A stretch of DNA of 64,000 bases from Dehalococcoidia bacterium (GCA_009379925.1 WHSU01000015.1:3446-67445); one strand, 5' to 3'; shown: positions 49,612 to 60,289, counted from the stretch's first letter. Notes: generated by a model not told the origin, from the sequence alone. A program made the numbers and translations.

Positions 49612-50475
49612 CTACGCCTCGCGGGCGTCATTGATCGCGTCGCGCAACGCGATGGCCGCGTCCCGTGCGGCGGCCGCCCAGTCGCCGAGTGTGCGGGCGC
49701 CGCCCTTTGCGCCCGCGTAGAGCACGCCCCGCGACGCGTTCACCAGGATGCCGCCACCCTGCGCATCGGCCGCCGCGCGCACGGCGTCGCGTAGTTCGCC
49801 TTCCTGAGCGCCGACGCCGGGCATGAGGAACGGCAGGTCCGGACAGATGGCCCGGACGCGCGCAGCCTCCTGCGGATACGTCGCGCCGACCACGAGTCCG
49901 ACGTTGCCGCGCGTGTTCCACCCGTTCGCCTGCTCCGCCACGCGTTCGTAGAGCCGCGTGTCGCCGTGCTGCACGTCTTGGAAGTCGCGCGCGCCAGGGT
50001 TCGAGGTGCGGCAGAGCACAAAGGTCGTGCGGTCCTCGTACTCCAGGAACGGCTCGACCGCGTCACCTCCGAGGTAGGGGTTCACCGTGACGGCGTCCAC
50101 GCCCAGCGACTCGAAGACGGCTCTCGCGTAAAAGCGGGCGGTGTTGCCGATATCGTTGCGCTTGGCGTCCAGCAGCACGGGGACTCCGTCCGGGATGGAG
50201 CGCACGAGGTCGCGCAGCAGCGGCATCCCGCCGTCGATGTCCGGCTCGTAGAAGGCGGCGTTCGGCTTGTAGCAGCAGACCAGGTCGGCGGTCGCCTCGA
50301 CGATGGCGAAGAGGAAGTCGCGCGGCGAGACACCCTCCGGCATCAGGTCCGGGTCCGGGTCGAGCCCCACGCACAGCAGCGAGCGGTTGCGTTGGGCGGA
50401 GGCGGCGTACTTCGACCGGAAGGTCTCCGGTGTGGCACCGGCACCGGCGGATGTCGTCGATTCGGTCATGGTCAT
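49612..50475 (-). CDS. pyrF: Orotidine-5'-phosphate decarboxylase (type 2)
   Basis: [52 protein letters not shown]. Confidence 0.96.
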   Translation of the reverse strand: MTMTESTTSAGAGATPETFRSKYAASAQRNRSLLCVGLDPDPDLMPEGVSPRDFLFAIVEATADLVCCYKPNAAFYEPDIDGGMPLLRDLVRSIPDGVPVLLDAKRNDIGNTARFYARAVFESLGVDAVTVNPYLGGDAVEPFLEYEDRTTFVLCRTSNPGARDFQDVQHGDTRLYERVAEQANGWNTRGNVGLVVGATYPQEAARVRAICPDLPFLMPGVGAQEGELRDAVRAAADAQGGGILVNASRGVLYAGAKGGARTLGDWAAAARDAAIALRDAINDAREA

Positions 50476-50497
50476 CGATGGCTCCCGCCTCCCCGGA

Positions 50498-51304
50498 CTA
50501 TATCGCGGCCTGTGCTTCCAGGCGGATCGGCGGCAGGTCGGCGCCGGCCGCGCGCAGACGCTCGATGGTCGCGGCGAACGCCGCGGCGTCGCCGGTCGCC
50601 TGCGCGAGCACCTCGGCGGGCTCCCCCATCGAGGGGTCGTGGCCCGCTTCGCGGAGCAGGTGGACCGCACGGCGGGCGACCGGCTCGGCCGCGTCGATGA
50701 TGCGGACACCCTCCGGCAGCAGGCCTTCGAGGGCGGCGCGCAGGAAGCCGTAGTGCGTGCAACCGAGCGCCACACCGTCGATGCCGGTGGCGACGGGCTC
50801 GGCGAGCGCCGCGCGCAGCATCGACTCCACACGTTCGCCGGCGACCTCGCCGGCCTCCACCAGGTCGGCGAGGCCGGGCATCGGCAGGCGCGCGACCTCG
50901 ACGCCCTGGCCGTAGGCCGCGGCGAGCCGAGCCAGCCGTGCACCACTCGTCGTACCTGGCGTCGCGAGGACGGCGATGCGCCGGCTGCGGCTACCCTCGA
51001 CGGCCGGCTTGAGCGGCGGTTCCATCCCCACGATCGGGACGTCGAAACGCTCGCGCAGGCACTCGAGGGCCGCGGAGGACGCGGTGTTGCAGGCGACGAC
51101 CAGCAGGCCCGCGCCATCCTCGAGTAGTCGTGCGGCCAGGTCGACGGCGCGCTCGCGCACCCACTCGGGCGGCCGTTCGCCGTACGGGAAGCAGGCCGTG
51201 TCGGCGAGGTAGCGGATGGGCAGTGCGGGGGCGATTCGGTGGAGCGCGGCGGCGACGGTGAGGCCACCCACCCCGGAGTCGAAGATGCCGACCGTGGGAA
51301 GCAT
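50498..51304 (-). CDS. murI: Glutamate racemase
   Basis: GIFDSGVGGLTV, PYGER, VACNTAS, LGCTHY. Confidence 0.96.
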   Translation of the reverse strand: MLPTVGIFDSGVGGLTVAAALHRIAPALPIRYLADTACFPYGERPPEWVRERAVDLAARLLEDGAGLLVVACNTASSAALECLRERFDVPIVGMEPPLKPAVEGSRSRRIAVLATPGTTSGARLARLAAAYGQGVEVARLPMPGLADLVEAGEVAGERVESMLRAALAEPVATGIDGVALGCTHYGFLRAALEGLLPEGVRIIDAAEPVARRAVHLLREAGHDPSMGEPAEVLAQATGDAAAFAATIERLRAAGADLPPIRLEAQAAI

Positions 51305-51426
51305 GGCGCCTCCGCAAGCACCCCGCCTGCAGGGCGAGCGTCCTCCGCTCGCTACGTCCATCGTAGGCGGGGGCCCGCGCCCCCTCAAGCGGCGCGACCG
51401 ACGCCGGCGCCCGCTAGACTCGCGCC

Positions 51427-52170
51427 ATGCGCGTTGAGGTCGCCGCCGTCCCGCCCGCCGATGCACCGCGTGACCGCACGTGCCTGGTCGTCGACGTGCT
51501 GCGGGCGACCTCGGTGATGGCGGTGCTCTTCGGGCGCGGCGCCCGCGCGCTCTACCCAGCGGGCAGCGTCGAGGCGGCGCGCGCGCTCCGGGGGGCGCTG
51601 GAGGCGGACGGACCGGTGCTGCTCTGTGGCGAGGTCGGCGGTCTACCCCCGGACGGTTTCGACTTCGGCAACTCTCCGCTGGAGTTCGCCTCGCTGGCCG
51701 CGCTTCCCGCGGAGCGCGCCGTCGTCACCACGAGCAACGGCACCCCGGCGCTGATGGCGTGCTCCGGCGCGCCGCTGACGCTGACCGCCGCTCCGCTCAA
51801 CGCCTCAACCGCCGTCGCCCTCGCGCTCGAACCAGGGCGCGACGTGCTCGTGGTCTGCTCCGGACTCCGACGCGAGCCGGCGGAGGACGACCTGCTGGCC
51901 GCCGGGCTCATCGTCGCGCGCCTGGTCGAGACCGGCGCCGAGCCGGAGGCCGCTGCGCGGCAGGCCCTCGAGCGCTACCGCGCAGCCGAAACGGACCTGG
52001 CCGCCGCGCTGCGCGCCAGCGAGCACGGCCAGCGCCTGGTCGCGCTCGGCTTCGGCGAGGACATCGACTTCTGCGCGCAGCCGGACCGCTACGGCGTCAC
52101 GGGCATGCTTGCGGTCGAGGCAGGACAACCGGTGCTGCGCCCCGCGCGTCCCGAGGGAGGTGAACGATGA
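51427..52170 (+). CDS. comB: 2-phosphosulfolactate phosphatase family protein
   Basis: VVDVLRATS, LCGE.GG, FDFGNSP.EF, TTSNGT, EDD..AG. Confidence 0.9.
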   Translation: MRVEVAAVPPADAPRDRTCLVVDVLRATSVMAVLFGRGARALYPAGSVEAARALRGALEADGPVLLCGEVGGLPPDGFDFGNSPLEFASLAALPAERAVVTTSNGTPALMACSGAPLTLTAAPLNASTAVALALEPGRDVLVVCSGLRREPAEDDLLAAGLIVARLVETGAEPEAAARQALERYRAAETDLAAALRASEHGQRLVALGFGEDIDFCAQPDRYGVTGMLAVEAGQPVLRPARPEGGER

Positions 52171-52907
52171 GCGGGACACGCCGTCCGCTGCTCAAGGCAT
52201 GCCTGAACGGTGCACGGCGACCCGAGGATGTCCCCGGCCTCCCCGTGACTCCTGGACAACTCGCCACGGACGCCGCGCTGGTGGTGGCCGCGGGCGCCGG
52301 CGCGGTGCACGTGCACCCTCGCAACGCCGGCTGTCACGAGAGCCTGCGCGCTACGGACATCGGCGCCGCGGTGGAGGCGATCCACGAGGCCATACCCGGA
52401 GTCCCGGTGGGCGTCAGCACGGGCGCGTGGATCGAGCGGGACCCGGCCCGGCGACGCGAGCTCCTCGAGGCGTGGGAGGTGCTACCGGACTTCGCCTCGG
52501 TCAACTTCTCCGAAGAGGGCGCGGAAGACCTCTGCGCACTGCTCCGTGACCGCGGCGTGGGCGTCGAGGCGGGCCTGTGGAGCGCCGAGGATGCCCGTCG
52601 CCTCGTGGCGAGCGGGGCGGGACCTCGATGCGTGCGCGTGCTGCTGGAGCCGCTCGACCGGGACCCGGCCGTGGCGCTGGAGACGGCGCGCGAGATCGAA
52701 GTAGTGCTGGACGCGGGCGGCGTCGACGTGCCCCGGTTGCTGCACGGGAGCCGCACCGGCGCCTGGACCGTGTTGACTGAGGCGTTCCGGCGCGGCATGG
52801 ACAGCCGCATCGGACTCGAAGACGCGCGCCACCTACCGGACGGCACGGACGCGGACGGCAACGAGGCGCTCGTGGCAGCCGCCGTGGCGATCCGCGATGG
52901 ACGCTGA
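52167..52907 (+). CDS. 3-keto-5-aminohexanoate cleavage enzyme family (BKACE/DUF849)
   Basis: KACLNG, AGA.AVHVHPR, PDFASVN, RIGLED. Confidence 0.9.
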   Translation: MSGTRRPLLKACLNGARRPEDVPGLPVTPGQLATDAALVVAAGAGAVHVHPRNAGCHESLRATDIGAAVEAIHEAIPGVPVGVSTGAWIERDPARRRELLEAWEVLPDFASVNFSEEGAEDLCALLRDRGVGVEAGLWSAEDARRLVASGAGPRCVRVLLEPLDRDPAVALETAREIEVVLDAGGVDVPRLLHGSRTGAWTVLTEAFRRGMDSRIGLEDARHLPDGTDADGNEALVAAAVAIRDGR

Positions 52908-52930
52908 CCCTTCGAGGCGCCCTATTCGCG

Positions 52931-53344
52931 CTATTCGCGCTCGGGCCGGTCGATCTGGAAGAAGTTGCTCTGCTCACCTGTTTTCAGGTGCTCCTGGAGG
53001 AGCAACACCAGGTTTCGCTCGTCGAATAGGCCGAGCCACTCGTCCCAGCCCATCGGCTGGAGCCTGGCGCCGCCGTACCCGGGGAAGATGAAGCGGAGAT
53101 CCCCGGCCCGCGCCCCCGGACCGCTCCGCGTCGCCGTTGCCGGCTGTGCCTCGCGCCCTTCCGCCCAACGGCGGATCACATCGTGCTGGCGGGTCGCGAG
53201 CGTCTGGCCCTCGTAGTCCTCGTGCTCGTCGGTCGAGTTGAGCCATTTCGCGCGCCGCGCCGAGCGCGACAGACGCGAGCCGTACCGCTCGAGAAAGCGT
53301 CGGTCTTCCGCAGACAGGTTCGTCGCCTCGATGCCCTGGACCAT
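52931..53344 (-). CDS. Conserved hypothetical protein
   Basis: HDVIRRWAEGREAQPAT, LRFIFPG, WDEWLGLFDERNL, SNFF. Confidence 0.7.
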   Translation of the reverse strand: MVQGIEATNLSAEDRRFLERYGSRLSRSARRAKWLNSTDEHEDYEGQTLATRQHDVIRRWAEGREAQPATATRSGPGARAGDLRFIFPGYGGARLQPMGWDEWLGLFDERNLVLLLQEHLKTGEQSNFFQIDRPERE

Positions 53345-53450
53345 GCGCACCCCCTCGCGCGGTCCCCCCTCATCCAACGTAGGGGGACGCGGCAAGGACG
53401 CGCATCGCGATTCCCGGGACCGTGGTGGGCGGCGGCGGTCCGGCGAGGCG

Positions 53451-55121
53451 TTAGAAGTTGACGCGGCGCGGCGGCGGACGTTCCTGGGCTGTCGCGCGGG
53501 TGCTGCGCGCGGCGCGCTTCGCCTGCTCGATGCGCAGCCCCAGCTCCTCGACCTCGCTCGGCTGGCGCGCACCGGCGAGGCGTGTGCGCATCTCTTCCGT
53601 GGCCGGGTGAGCCTGTTCCCACTCCGCCAGCGCGCGGGCCAGGGGCTCCAGGCGTGCGGCGTCCGGGAAGTGACGGCCGTAGCGCGCACGGTCGAACTCG
53701 GCGGCGATTTCGGTGAACACGGGCGCCTCCAGCACGCGGGCGCCGGCCGCCGCGAACTCCAGCGGTGTCTCGCCTGCCTGCCGCCGGAAGCCCCGGTCGT
53801 CCGACACGCGGACGATCCGCGCGAAGAGGCGATAGACCTGGTGAGCGCGGGTCCAGTCCGGCATGCCCGAACCGCGGCCGCCGCGTGGGAAGAGGTTGCG
53901 CAGCAACTGACCCACGCCCGCGCCCTCGCCGCCCTTCGCGCGCACCTCGCCGTACTCCCCTCCTTCGTCCCGCTGCCGCCGCGCGAGGAGCACACGCGCG
54001 AGGCGGTACGAGCCGTAGAAGAGTGCCGCGAGGGCGAGCGCCTTCAGGCTGTCCACGACCCAGCCCGGCAGACCGCCGTCCTCCTCGCCCGTGGCCTCCT
54101 CGGGGGGCTGTTCCCCCGGCTCGAACGGGGCGAAGTTGTCGAAGATGCCCTGCATGCCCTCGGGCAGCAGGAAGCGGAGCACGGTGTCCACCACCCAGAA
54201 GATCGGGGTGATGATCACGATCAAGATCACGCCCAGGATGCGTCCCACGATGTTGGCGAGGTACGCAGCCACGCGCCCGGCATCGAGGTAGGCCAGCAGC
54301 CCCAGGACCATCGCGGACACGGCCAGCAACGCCACCGTCCCGGCCACCGAGAGCACCCAGGGCGCGGTGCGGCGGACGCCCTCGGTCGGCTGTTGCGCCC
54401 TCGTGTTGTTGCCGACGGCGAGCAACAGGACGCCGAGCACGAAGTAGAGCACCGCGTACCACGCCAGCGACCCTACGTCGCCCGCTCGGGCGCCCACGAG
54501 CACAAGGAGCATCGCCGCGAACCCCAGCGAGAATGAGCGCAGGGCGCGCTCCATGGTCACGGGGGTCCGCCCCGCCACCAGGAAGCGCAGCCATACCACC
54601 ACCATGCCCATGAAGGTCAGGGAAAGGGCGGCGCCGTGCGGCCGGTCGAGTGCGGGGTCCGCGAGGAACGCCTGAAGGTCGAATCGTTCCGCGAAGTAGG
54701 ACGCCGGCTCGTCCGCGAAGCGCGCGACCCCGGAATTGTCCCAGAGCTGCAGGTCCCCCGCCAGCGCGAGGTGCAGCAGCACGTTGAGCGCCACGATCGA
54801 GGCGAGCAGCAGCGTGACCGCACCCAGCGCGCCGCCCAGGCGCGCCCGTTGCATCCATCGCATCAACGCGAACGCGCCGAGCGCCGCGACCAGTACCAGC
54901 AGCAACGACGGGCCGGAGACCACCGACTCGCTCGCTTCCCGCACATCGAGGAGGGTCTGCCGCGCGTCGACCGTGGCCACCTCACCCTGGAGACGGTCCG
55001 CGACGTCTCGCAGGAAGCTCCGTTCGGTCGCGGTGGCGGCCAGGCGCACGGCCGCGAACCAGGGGATCACCTCCGTGACCACGAAGAGGAAGTCCAGGGC
55101 GGTCTGTTGCGAGCGCCTCAC
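53451..55121 (-). CDS. DUF4129-domain multi-TM protein
   Basis: Many TM helices; C-terminal R..GETPLEFA...FDRARYG; GTG overlaps the DUF58 stop. Confidence 0.8.
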   Translation of the reverse strand: MRRSQQTALDFLFVVTEVIPWFAAVRLAATATERSFLRDVADRLQGEVATVDARQTLLDVREASESVVSGPSLLLVLVAALGAFALMRWMQRARLGGALGAVTLLLASIVALNVLLHLALAGDLQLWDNSGVARFADEPASYFAERFDLQAFLADPALDRPHGAALSLTFMGMVVVWLRFLVAGRTPVTMERALRSFSLGFAAMLLVLVGARAGDVGSLAWYAVLYFVLGVLLLAVGNNTRAQQPTEGVRRTAPWVLSVAGTVALLAVSAMVLGLLAYLDAGRVAAYLANIVGRILGVILIVIITPIFWVVDTVLRFLLPEGMQGIFDNFAPFEPGEQPPEEATGEEDGGLPGWVVDSLKALALAALFYGSYRLARVLLARRQRDEGGEYGEVRAKGGEGAGVGQLLRNLFPRGGRGSGMPDWTRAHQVYRLFARIVRVSDDRGFRRQAGETPLEFAAAGARVLEAPVFTEIAAEFDRARYGRHFPDAARLEPLARALAEWEQAHPATEEMRTRLAGARQPSEVEELGLRIEQAKRAARSTRATAQERPPPRRVNF

Positions 55122-56386
55122 CGGGCCACCGCCGCCGGATCGGGTGCGGCGGTCAGACCCTCGGTCTCCAGTTCGGCCTCGAAGCGCTCCATCAGCGTGG
55201 CCACCTCGGAGACACGGATCGGGTGAAGGGGCACGTCCCACTCGGTGCGCGCGGTCTTCACGACGTGCACGTAGTGGCCGTCACCGCGCAGGCGTCGCAA
55301 GGTCGCGGCCAGGTCCTCCGTCATCATCGCAGCGACCACCACCACGGTGGCGCCGGCGGGGAGGGCGAACTTGTGGTCCTCCAGTTCCGCCGAAAGGTCC
55401 GAGGTGGTGAAGTTCGTGATCATCGCCAGCGCCTCGAGGACACGGTTGAGCTGGTCCGGGCTGTTGCCCGCGCCGATACGGATCGGCCGGTCCGCGTCCG
55501 GGAACGAGCCGTTCGCCAGCATCCCCAGCGCTTGGCCGTCCTCGAACGCCGCACGGGCCAGGGAGGCGGCCACCGAGATGCCGCGTTCCAGCAGCACGGG
55601 GTCCGAGCCCTGCCAGGAGCGGGCGAACGTGGGGATGTTGAGCGCCACGATCACCGCCTGTGAGCGGGACGGCTCGTACAGCCGCGATTGCAGACGTCCG
55701 ACGCGCGCCGTCGCGCTCCAGTCGATGCGCTTCAGCGGGTCGCCGGGCAGGTAGTCGCGGACGCCCACCACCCGCGAGGGGTCCTCGAAGATGCGGTTGC
55801 CGCCGCGCTGCTCACCAAAGGGGCGCGCGCTGTCCAGGTCCAGGTCGGGCAGCGCGTACGTGCGCGGGTAGACCACGATCCCGTCCACCGGCAGGCGAGG
55901 GACCTCTTCGCGCTCGAAGAAGCCGAAGAGGTCGCCGGAGCGCAGCCTCGTGGGCCCCACGCGGAAGTACCCGCGATGCAGGGCGCGCAGGGTGAGCGGC
56001 CACTCGATGCGGTCGCGGCTCCCGAGGGCCGTGCTGCGCACCAGGACGTTCACGCCGGGCGACGAGCCGGGCGTGGTCTTCGTGTCGACCGCCTCCATGC
56101 CCCGCGGCAGGTTCTCCCGCAGTTCCACCCATGGCACCGGCAGCACCTTGCGGTTGTGCAGCGTCAGCGTGACATCGACGGTCTCTCCGGCGAACAGGCG
56201 GTGCTCCGACAGCGCGCGGTCGTAGTGCACCTCCTCCAGCGACAGCCGCGACCACAGCCTCGCCGACCCGCCGGTGCCGAGTACGAGCACGCCCAGGGCG
56301 ACCACCACGACCGAGCCGCCCACGAGGCCGAAGGCGATCAGCAGGGAGGATGCCAGCAGCCAGGTCTCCGTGATCAGCGCGCGCAT
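55118..56386 (-). CDS. DUF58 (vWA-associated) protein
   Basis: RGYF.VGP, GDLFG, VYP, GVRDYLPGDPLKRIDWSATAR. Confidence 0.92.
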   Translation of the reverse strand: MRALITETWLLASSLLIAFGLVGGSVVVVALGVLVLGTGGSARLWSRLSLEEVHYDRALSEHRLFAGETVDVTLTLHNRKVLPVPWVELRENLPRGMEAVDTKTTPGSSPGVNVLVRSTALGSRDRIEWPLTLRALHRGYFRVGPTRLRSGDLFGFFEREEVPRLPVDGIVVYPRTYALPDLDLDSARPFGEQRGGNRIFEDPSRVVGVRDYLPGDPLKRIDWSATARVGRLQSRLYEPSRSQAVIVALNIPTFARSWQGSDPVLLERGISVAASLARAAFEDGQALGMLANGSFPDADRPIRIGAGNSPDQLNRVLEALAMITNFTTSDLSAELEDHKFALPAGATVVVVAAMMTEDLAATLRRLRGDGHYVHVVKTARTEWDVPLHPIRVSEVATLMERFEAELETEGLTAAPDPAAVAR

Positions 56387-56416
56387 CGTGCGCCTGCTCT
56401 CCGGCTATCCGCCGAC

Positions 56417-57406
56417 CTACGACACCACGTCCGCCACGGGCACGGGCTCCTCCAGCAGGATCTCGTCGAGCACATCGTCCGAGGTGCGGCCGCGGAGCCG
56501 GGTGTTCGACGAGAGCAGCAAGCGGTGTCCCAGCACCGGGTGCGCGACGTGCTTCACGTCGTCCGGACGCACGTAGTCGCGCCCATCGATGGCGGCGTAC
56601 GCACGCGCCGCCCGGAAGAGCGCCAGCGAGGCGCGCGGGCTGGCGCCCAGGTCGAACGCGGCGTGGTCGCGCGTCGCGCGGGCCAGGCGCACGGCGTATT
56701 TCGCCACCTCGTCTTCCACGTGGATCTCCGGCAGACGCTCACCGAGCGCCGCGAGTTCCTCCGCGCCGACCACAGGCTCCAGCGCCTCCAGCGGCGAGCC
56801 CTCCTCGAAGCGGCGCAGCACCTCGAACTCCCCCTCCTCGGAGGGGTAGCCGACCTTCAGCCGCAGCAGGAAGCGGTCGAGCTGCGCCTCCGGCAGGGGG
56901 AAGGTGCCTTCCAGCTCCACGGGGTTCTGGGTCGCGAGCACCACGAAGGGCCGCGGCAGCAGCCGCGTCTCGCCATCGATGGTGACCGTGCGCTCCTCCA
57001 TCGCCTCCAGCAGCGCCGACTGCGTGCGAGGCGTGGCGCGGTTCACCTCGTCCGCGAGCACGATGTTGGCCATCAGCGGCCCCTCGCGGAACTGGAACTC
57101 GCCCGTCTTCTGCGAGTAGTAGTTGATCCCCAGCACGTCCGAGGGCATGAGGTCCGGCGTGAACTGGATGCGCCGGAACGAGGCACCGATCGACCGCGCC
57201 ACGGAGCGCGCCAGCATGGTCTTGCCGGTGCCGGGGACGTCCTCCAGCAGCACGTGCCCGCCCGCCAGCAGCGCCGCGAGCACGAGCGTCACGGGCTCCT
57301 CGGCGCCGACGATCACGCGTCCCACATTCTCGCGGATGCGCGCGGCGGCCTGCTGGATCGCCTGCGCGGCCTGCGTAACCCCTGCGCCGCTGGTCGATGA
57401 CTGCAC
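56417..57406 (-). CDS. MoxR-family AAA+ ATPase
   Basis: GHVLLEDVPGTGKT, RIQFTPDLMPSD, LADEVNRATPRTQSALLEAM, ATQNP, LPEAQLDRF. Confidence 0.97.
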   Translation of the reverse strand: MQSSTSGAGVTQAAQAIQQAAARIRENVGRVIVGAEEPVTLVLAALLAGGHVLLEDVPGTGKTMLARSVARSIGASFRRIQFTPDLMPSDVLGINYYSQKTGEFQFREGPLMANIVLADEVNRATPRTQSALLEAMEERTVTIDGETRLLPRPFVVLATQNPVELEGTFPLPEAQLDRFLLRLKVGYPSEEGEFEVLRRFEEGSPLEALEPVVGAEELAALGERLPEIHVEDEVAKYAVRLARATRDHAAFDLGASPRASLALFRAARAYAAIDGRDYVRPDDVKHVAHPVLGHRLLLSSNTRLRGRTSDDVLDEILLEEPVPVADVVS

Positions 57407-57490
57407 GCGGTCTCCGTCCCCTGAATCAGTAACGAAGTGGTGGCGCCGAAGAATAGCAGAGCGCTACCTGCGCATGTGAGGAGAGCGCGA

Positions 57491-58411
57491 TCAGTTGAAG
57501 ACGGCAAGCACCGGGACGTGGTCACTCAACGCGTAGGGCCGCCCCGCCGCGGCGGCGCAGAACGGGGCGCCGGTGAGCACGCGCGCCTCGCGCACGCGCT
57601 CGGCCAGGGCACCACCGGCGAACACGTAGTCCAGGCGCGCCATCGGCAGGTCCGAGCGGTACGTGTGGCCCTCGCCCGTGCCGGCCTGCGCGAAGGTGTC
57701 CACGAGGCCGGCGGCCAGCCATCGACGGTATTCGGGCATCTCCGGCCGGTGGTTCAGGTCGCCCTGCAGGACCACGTCGTAGCCGGCGGTCATGTCCTGC
57801 GCGATCACCTCCAGCAACCACGTGATCTCCCGCTCGCGGATGGCGGCGTCGTCGGGGTGGAGGTGCGCCGAGTGCACCACCAGCCGCCCGCCGCGCGGCC
57901 GGCCGAGGAGTGCGCGGCCCCAGTGGCGCGTGAACAATGCCTCCGGCCGTCCACCGTCCCGGACCGGGCAATTCGCCGACTCGATGACCTCGAGGCGCGT
58001 GAGCAGCGCACCCGGCCACGCCTCAGGGCTGGCGAAGCGCACCGGGGTCATACCCAGGCGCGTCGCGATCTCGTCTGTGACATCCTCGGAGGGCGCCTCC
58101 GCCAGCGTCACGATGTCCGCCCCCAGCGGCGCGAGTGCCTCCGCGAACAGCGCCGGCAAGCCGTCCGCGCCGCCATCGAGGTGTTGCGGTGCGATGCCCG
58201 CGGGGTAGCCGGTGCACTGGAGCACGTTGTACGTCACGGCGCGCAGCCCGGACGCCGCGGTACCCGGCCCGACGGTGCGGACGCGGGGGCGTGTCCGCGG
58301 CCGCCCGCGGCCGCCATTGCGGGCCTCGCGCCTCGACGAGGGGGCGGACACCCGCACTCGCGTGGTCGTCACGACTCGACCGCCCTTCGCCCGCCTGTGC
58401 GCGACGCTCAC
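57491..58411 (-). CDS. Endonuclease/exonuclease/phosphatase (EEP) family protein; true start probably downstream of 58411
   Basis: VTYNV, ADIVTLAE, SAHL, GDLN, RLDYVF, SDHVPV. Confidence 0.85.
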   Translation of the reverse strand: MSVAHRRAKGGRVVTTTRVRVSAPSSRREARNGGRGRPRTRPRVRTVGPGTAASGLRAVTYNVLQCTGYPAGIAPQHLDGGADGLPALFAEALAPLGADIVTLAEAPSEDVTDEIATRLGMTPVRFASPEAWPGALLTRLEVIESANCPVRDGGRPEALFTRHWGRALLGRPRGGRLVVHSAHLHPDDAAIREREITWLLEVIAQDMTAGYDVVLQGDLNHRPEMPEYRRWLAAGLVDTFAQAGTGEGHTYRSDLPMARLDYVFAGGALAERVREARVLTGAPFCAAAAGRPYALSDHVPVLAVFN

Positions 58412-58509
58412 CCGGTACTGCTCAGACGTGGCATGCTACCGGGAACAAGCGACCGAGACACCCGAGGTGGTCACGATCGGCATCGGTCGAGGACGGAGAG
58501 GACCGAACC

Positions 58510-58995
58510 GTGGTCGACACCGGCGTGGAGGTGCAGTTCCCCTACCCCGCGGCACTCATCGAGGCGCGCCGCGAGCTGGCCGCCCTCCTCGCCGACCTGC
58601 CGGAGACGCGACTCTACCGCGCCACGGAGCGCGAGGGCTGGACCCTGAAGCACCACCTCTCGGCGCTGGCCGCCTCGGACGCGGAGCTGGTGCACCTCAT
58701 CGATCACCTGCGCGCGGCGCTAGCACTAGGCACCAGGCCAGCGCCCCTCCACCTCCGTCGCTTCCGAGGCCAGGCGATGTTAGCCGCGCAGGAACTCCGC
58801 CTCGCCCCGCTGCGCGAGCACCTCGATGCCAGCGCGCAACGCACCGCCGAGGCCCTACAGACGGCTGCCGACCTCCTCGACGCCCCGCTCACCATCGAGA
58901 GCCGCGACGCCCGCTGCCTGGCGGACTGCGTCGCTGACCACGAAGCGCACGCCCTCGAAGCGTTGCGCGTGGTGCGGGAGGTTTTGGGGCGCTAG
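58510..58995 (+). CDS. DinB/MDMPI-like four-helix-bundle protein
   Basis: ARRELAALLADL...GWTLKHHLS and a C-terminal HEAHA; GGAGAGG RBS. Confidence 0.55.
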   Translation: MVDTGVEVQFPYPAALIEARRELAALLADLPETRLYRATEREGWTLKHHLSALAASDAELVHLIDHLRAALALGTRPAPLHLRRFRGQAMLAAQELRLAPLREHLDASAQRTAEALQTAADLLDAPLTIESRDARCLADCVADHEAHALEALRVVREVLGR

Positions 58996-59310
58996 GGCGA
59001 CGAAGCCGCAGAGGCGGATCGAGAATCGAGTGTCGCAGGTCTCAGGGCAGAGTGAGCGACGCCGTTCCGGCGTATTCCGCACATCACCGGAGGCGGGTGC
59101 CCTGATTCATCCGAATCGGACGGCGGGTCGGCCAGTCTCTGCCCGGGCACATCCGGACGCTCCCTCTCGGTCACTGGCTGCCTGGGCGACAGCGGGGCGT
59201 CGCACAGACGTTCTGACGTCTGTTAGAATCAAGCTGGCTCCGCTTAGTTCCTCCCCAGCTAGCGTACCAACGAGTTTGACACCGGCGCGCGCCGGGGAGC
59301 AGCGTACGCA

Positions 59311-59931
59311 ATGGACCTCCTCGTTCTGCTAGGGGCGATCACAGGGTTCGTCGGCGGGCTCGCCGGGTTGGGTGCCTTCTTCCTCCAGTGGCGCGTGCAC
59401 CGCTCGCGCAATCCGATGCTCAGCGTGGGGCAGCCTGCCGCCCTCTCGGTGTTCAACAACTACGGTGACGAGCATTTGCAGACCTACGTGACCGTCTCGA
59501 ACCCTTCGAGCCTTCCCAACGCCTTAAGCACCATCATCCTCGAGGGACTTGATCCGCGGTGCACGGTGCACACTGTCTCCCGAGAGCACGGCATCACCGA
59601 TGACATGCTGGTGCGAACGAAGCAGGGCAACCGTGCGGATAGCAGCCGCTTCGCATTGGGCCCCGGCGACGGGCCCTCCACGATCCGCCTAGTGTTCAAC
59701 CGTCCCTCCGATAGCGCGCTCGCGAACGCAAGGCTCTGGTGGCGAATAAGGTTCTATGATTCGCGCGGACGGCGGGTAACCCACCACGTTCGAGTGACTG
59801 ACCCGACGAGTGGTCTGGCGCACAACCTCCGGCCAAGTCGCGTCGTCGTCGCCTTCTGGACGGTGGTGCGCCGCGCCGAGCGGCGCTGGTGGATGGTGGA
59901 GCGACTCGCAAAACGTGCAATTGCCCGATGA
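59311..59931 (+). CDS. Hypothetical protein with N-terminal TM anchor (low-GC islet)
   Basis: GGGGAG RBS, hydrophobic N-terminus, atypical codon usage. Confidence 0.6.
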   Translation: MDLLVLLGAITGFVGGLAGLGAFFLQWRVHRSRNPMLSVGQPAALSVFNNYGDEHLQTYVTVSNPSSLPNALSTIILEGLDPRCTVHTVSREHGITDDMLVRTKQGNRADSSRFALGPGDGPSTIRLVFNRPSDSALANARLWWRIRFYDSRGRRVTHHVRVTDPTSGLAHNLRPSRVVVAFWTVVRRAERRWWMVERLAKRAIAR

Positions 59932-59932
59932 T

Positions 59933-60289
59933 TCAGGCGAGGTACCCGACGAGGTTGGGCGATGGTTGGCCACCTGATTGCTGCACGATGATCGCAATGC
60001 AAAGCGCGACGATCGCGCCCAGCACCTGACTCACCTCGTTGTCGTTCATCTGGTTCAAGGTCGCGCGCAGACGACCGGCCTCGGCATCGAGCGCCTCCCG
60101 TTGGGTCAGCCGGGCGTGGACGCGATCGAAAAGCGCTTGTGCATCTGGCGCAACGTCATGTCCGAGCCGGGCATGCATCAACTGATCTACCCAGACATCA
60201 TTGATTCGTTCTCGCGGGTCCGCGCTAGCGTGCCCCCCCAATGCGCGAAGAGTGCTCGTCGCCTTCTCAGCTGCGTAGTCTAACGTCAC
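59933..60289 (-). CDS. Hypothetical helical protein (low-GC islet)
   Basis: YAAEK...ERI...LT...G.LRATL..M; convergent with the neighbouring gene, stops 1 nt apart. Confidence 0.55.
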   Translation of the reverse strand: MTLDYAAEKATSTLRALGGHASADPRERINDVWVDQLMHARLGHDVAPDAQALFDRVHARLTQREALDAEAGRLRATLNQMNDNEVSQVLGAIVALCIAIIVQQSGGQPSPNLVGYLA

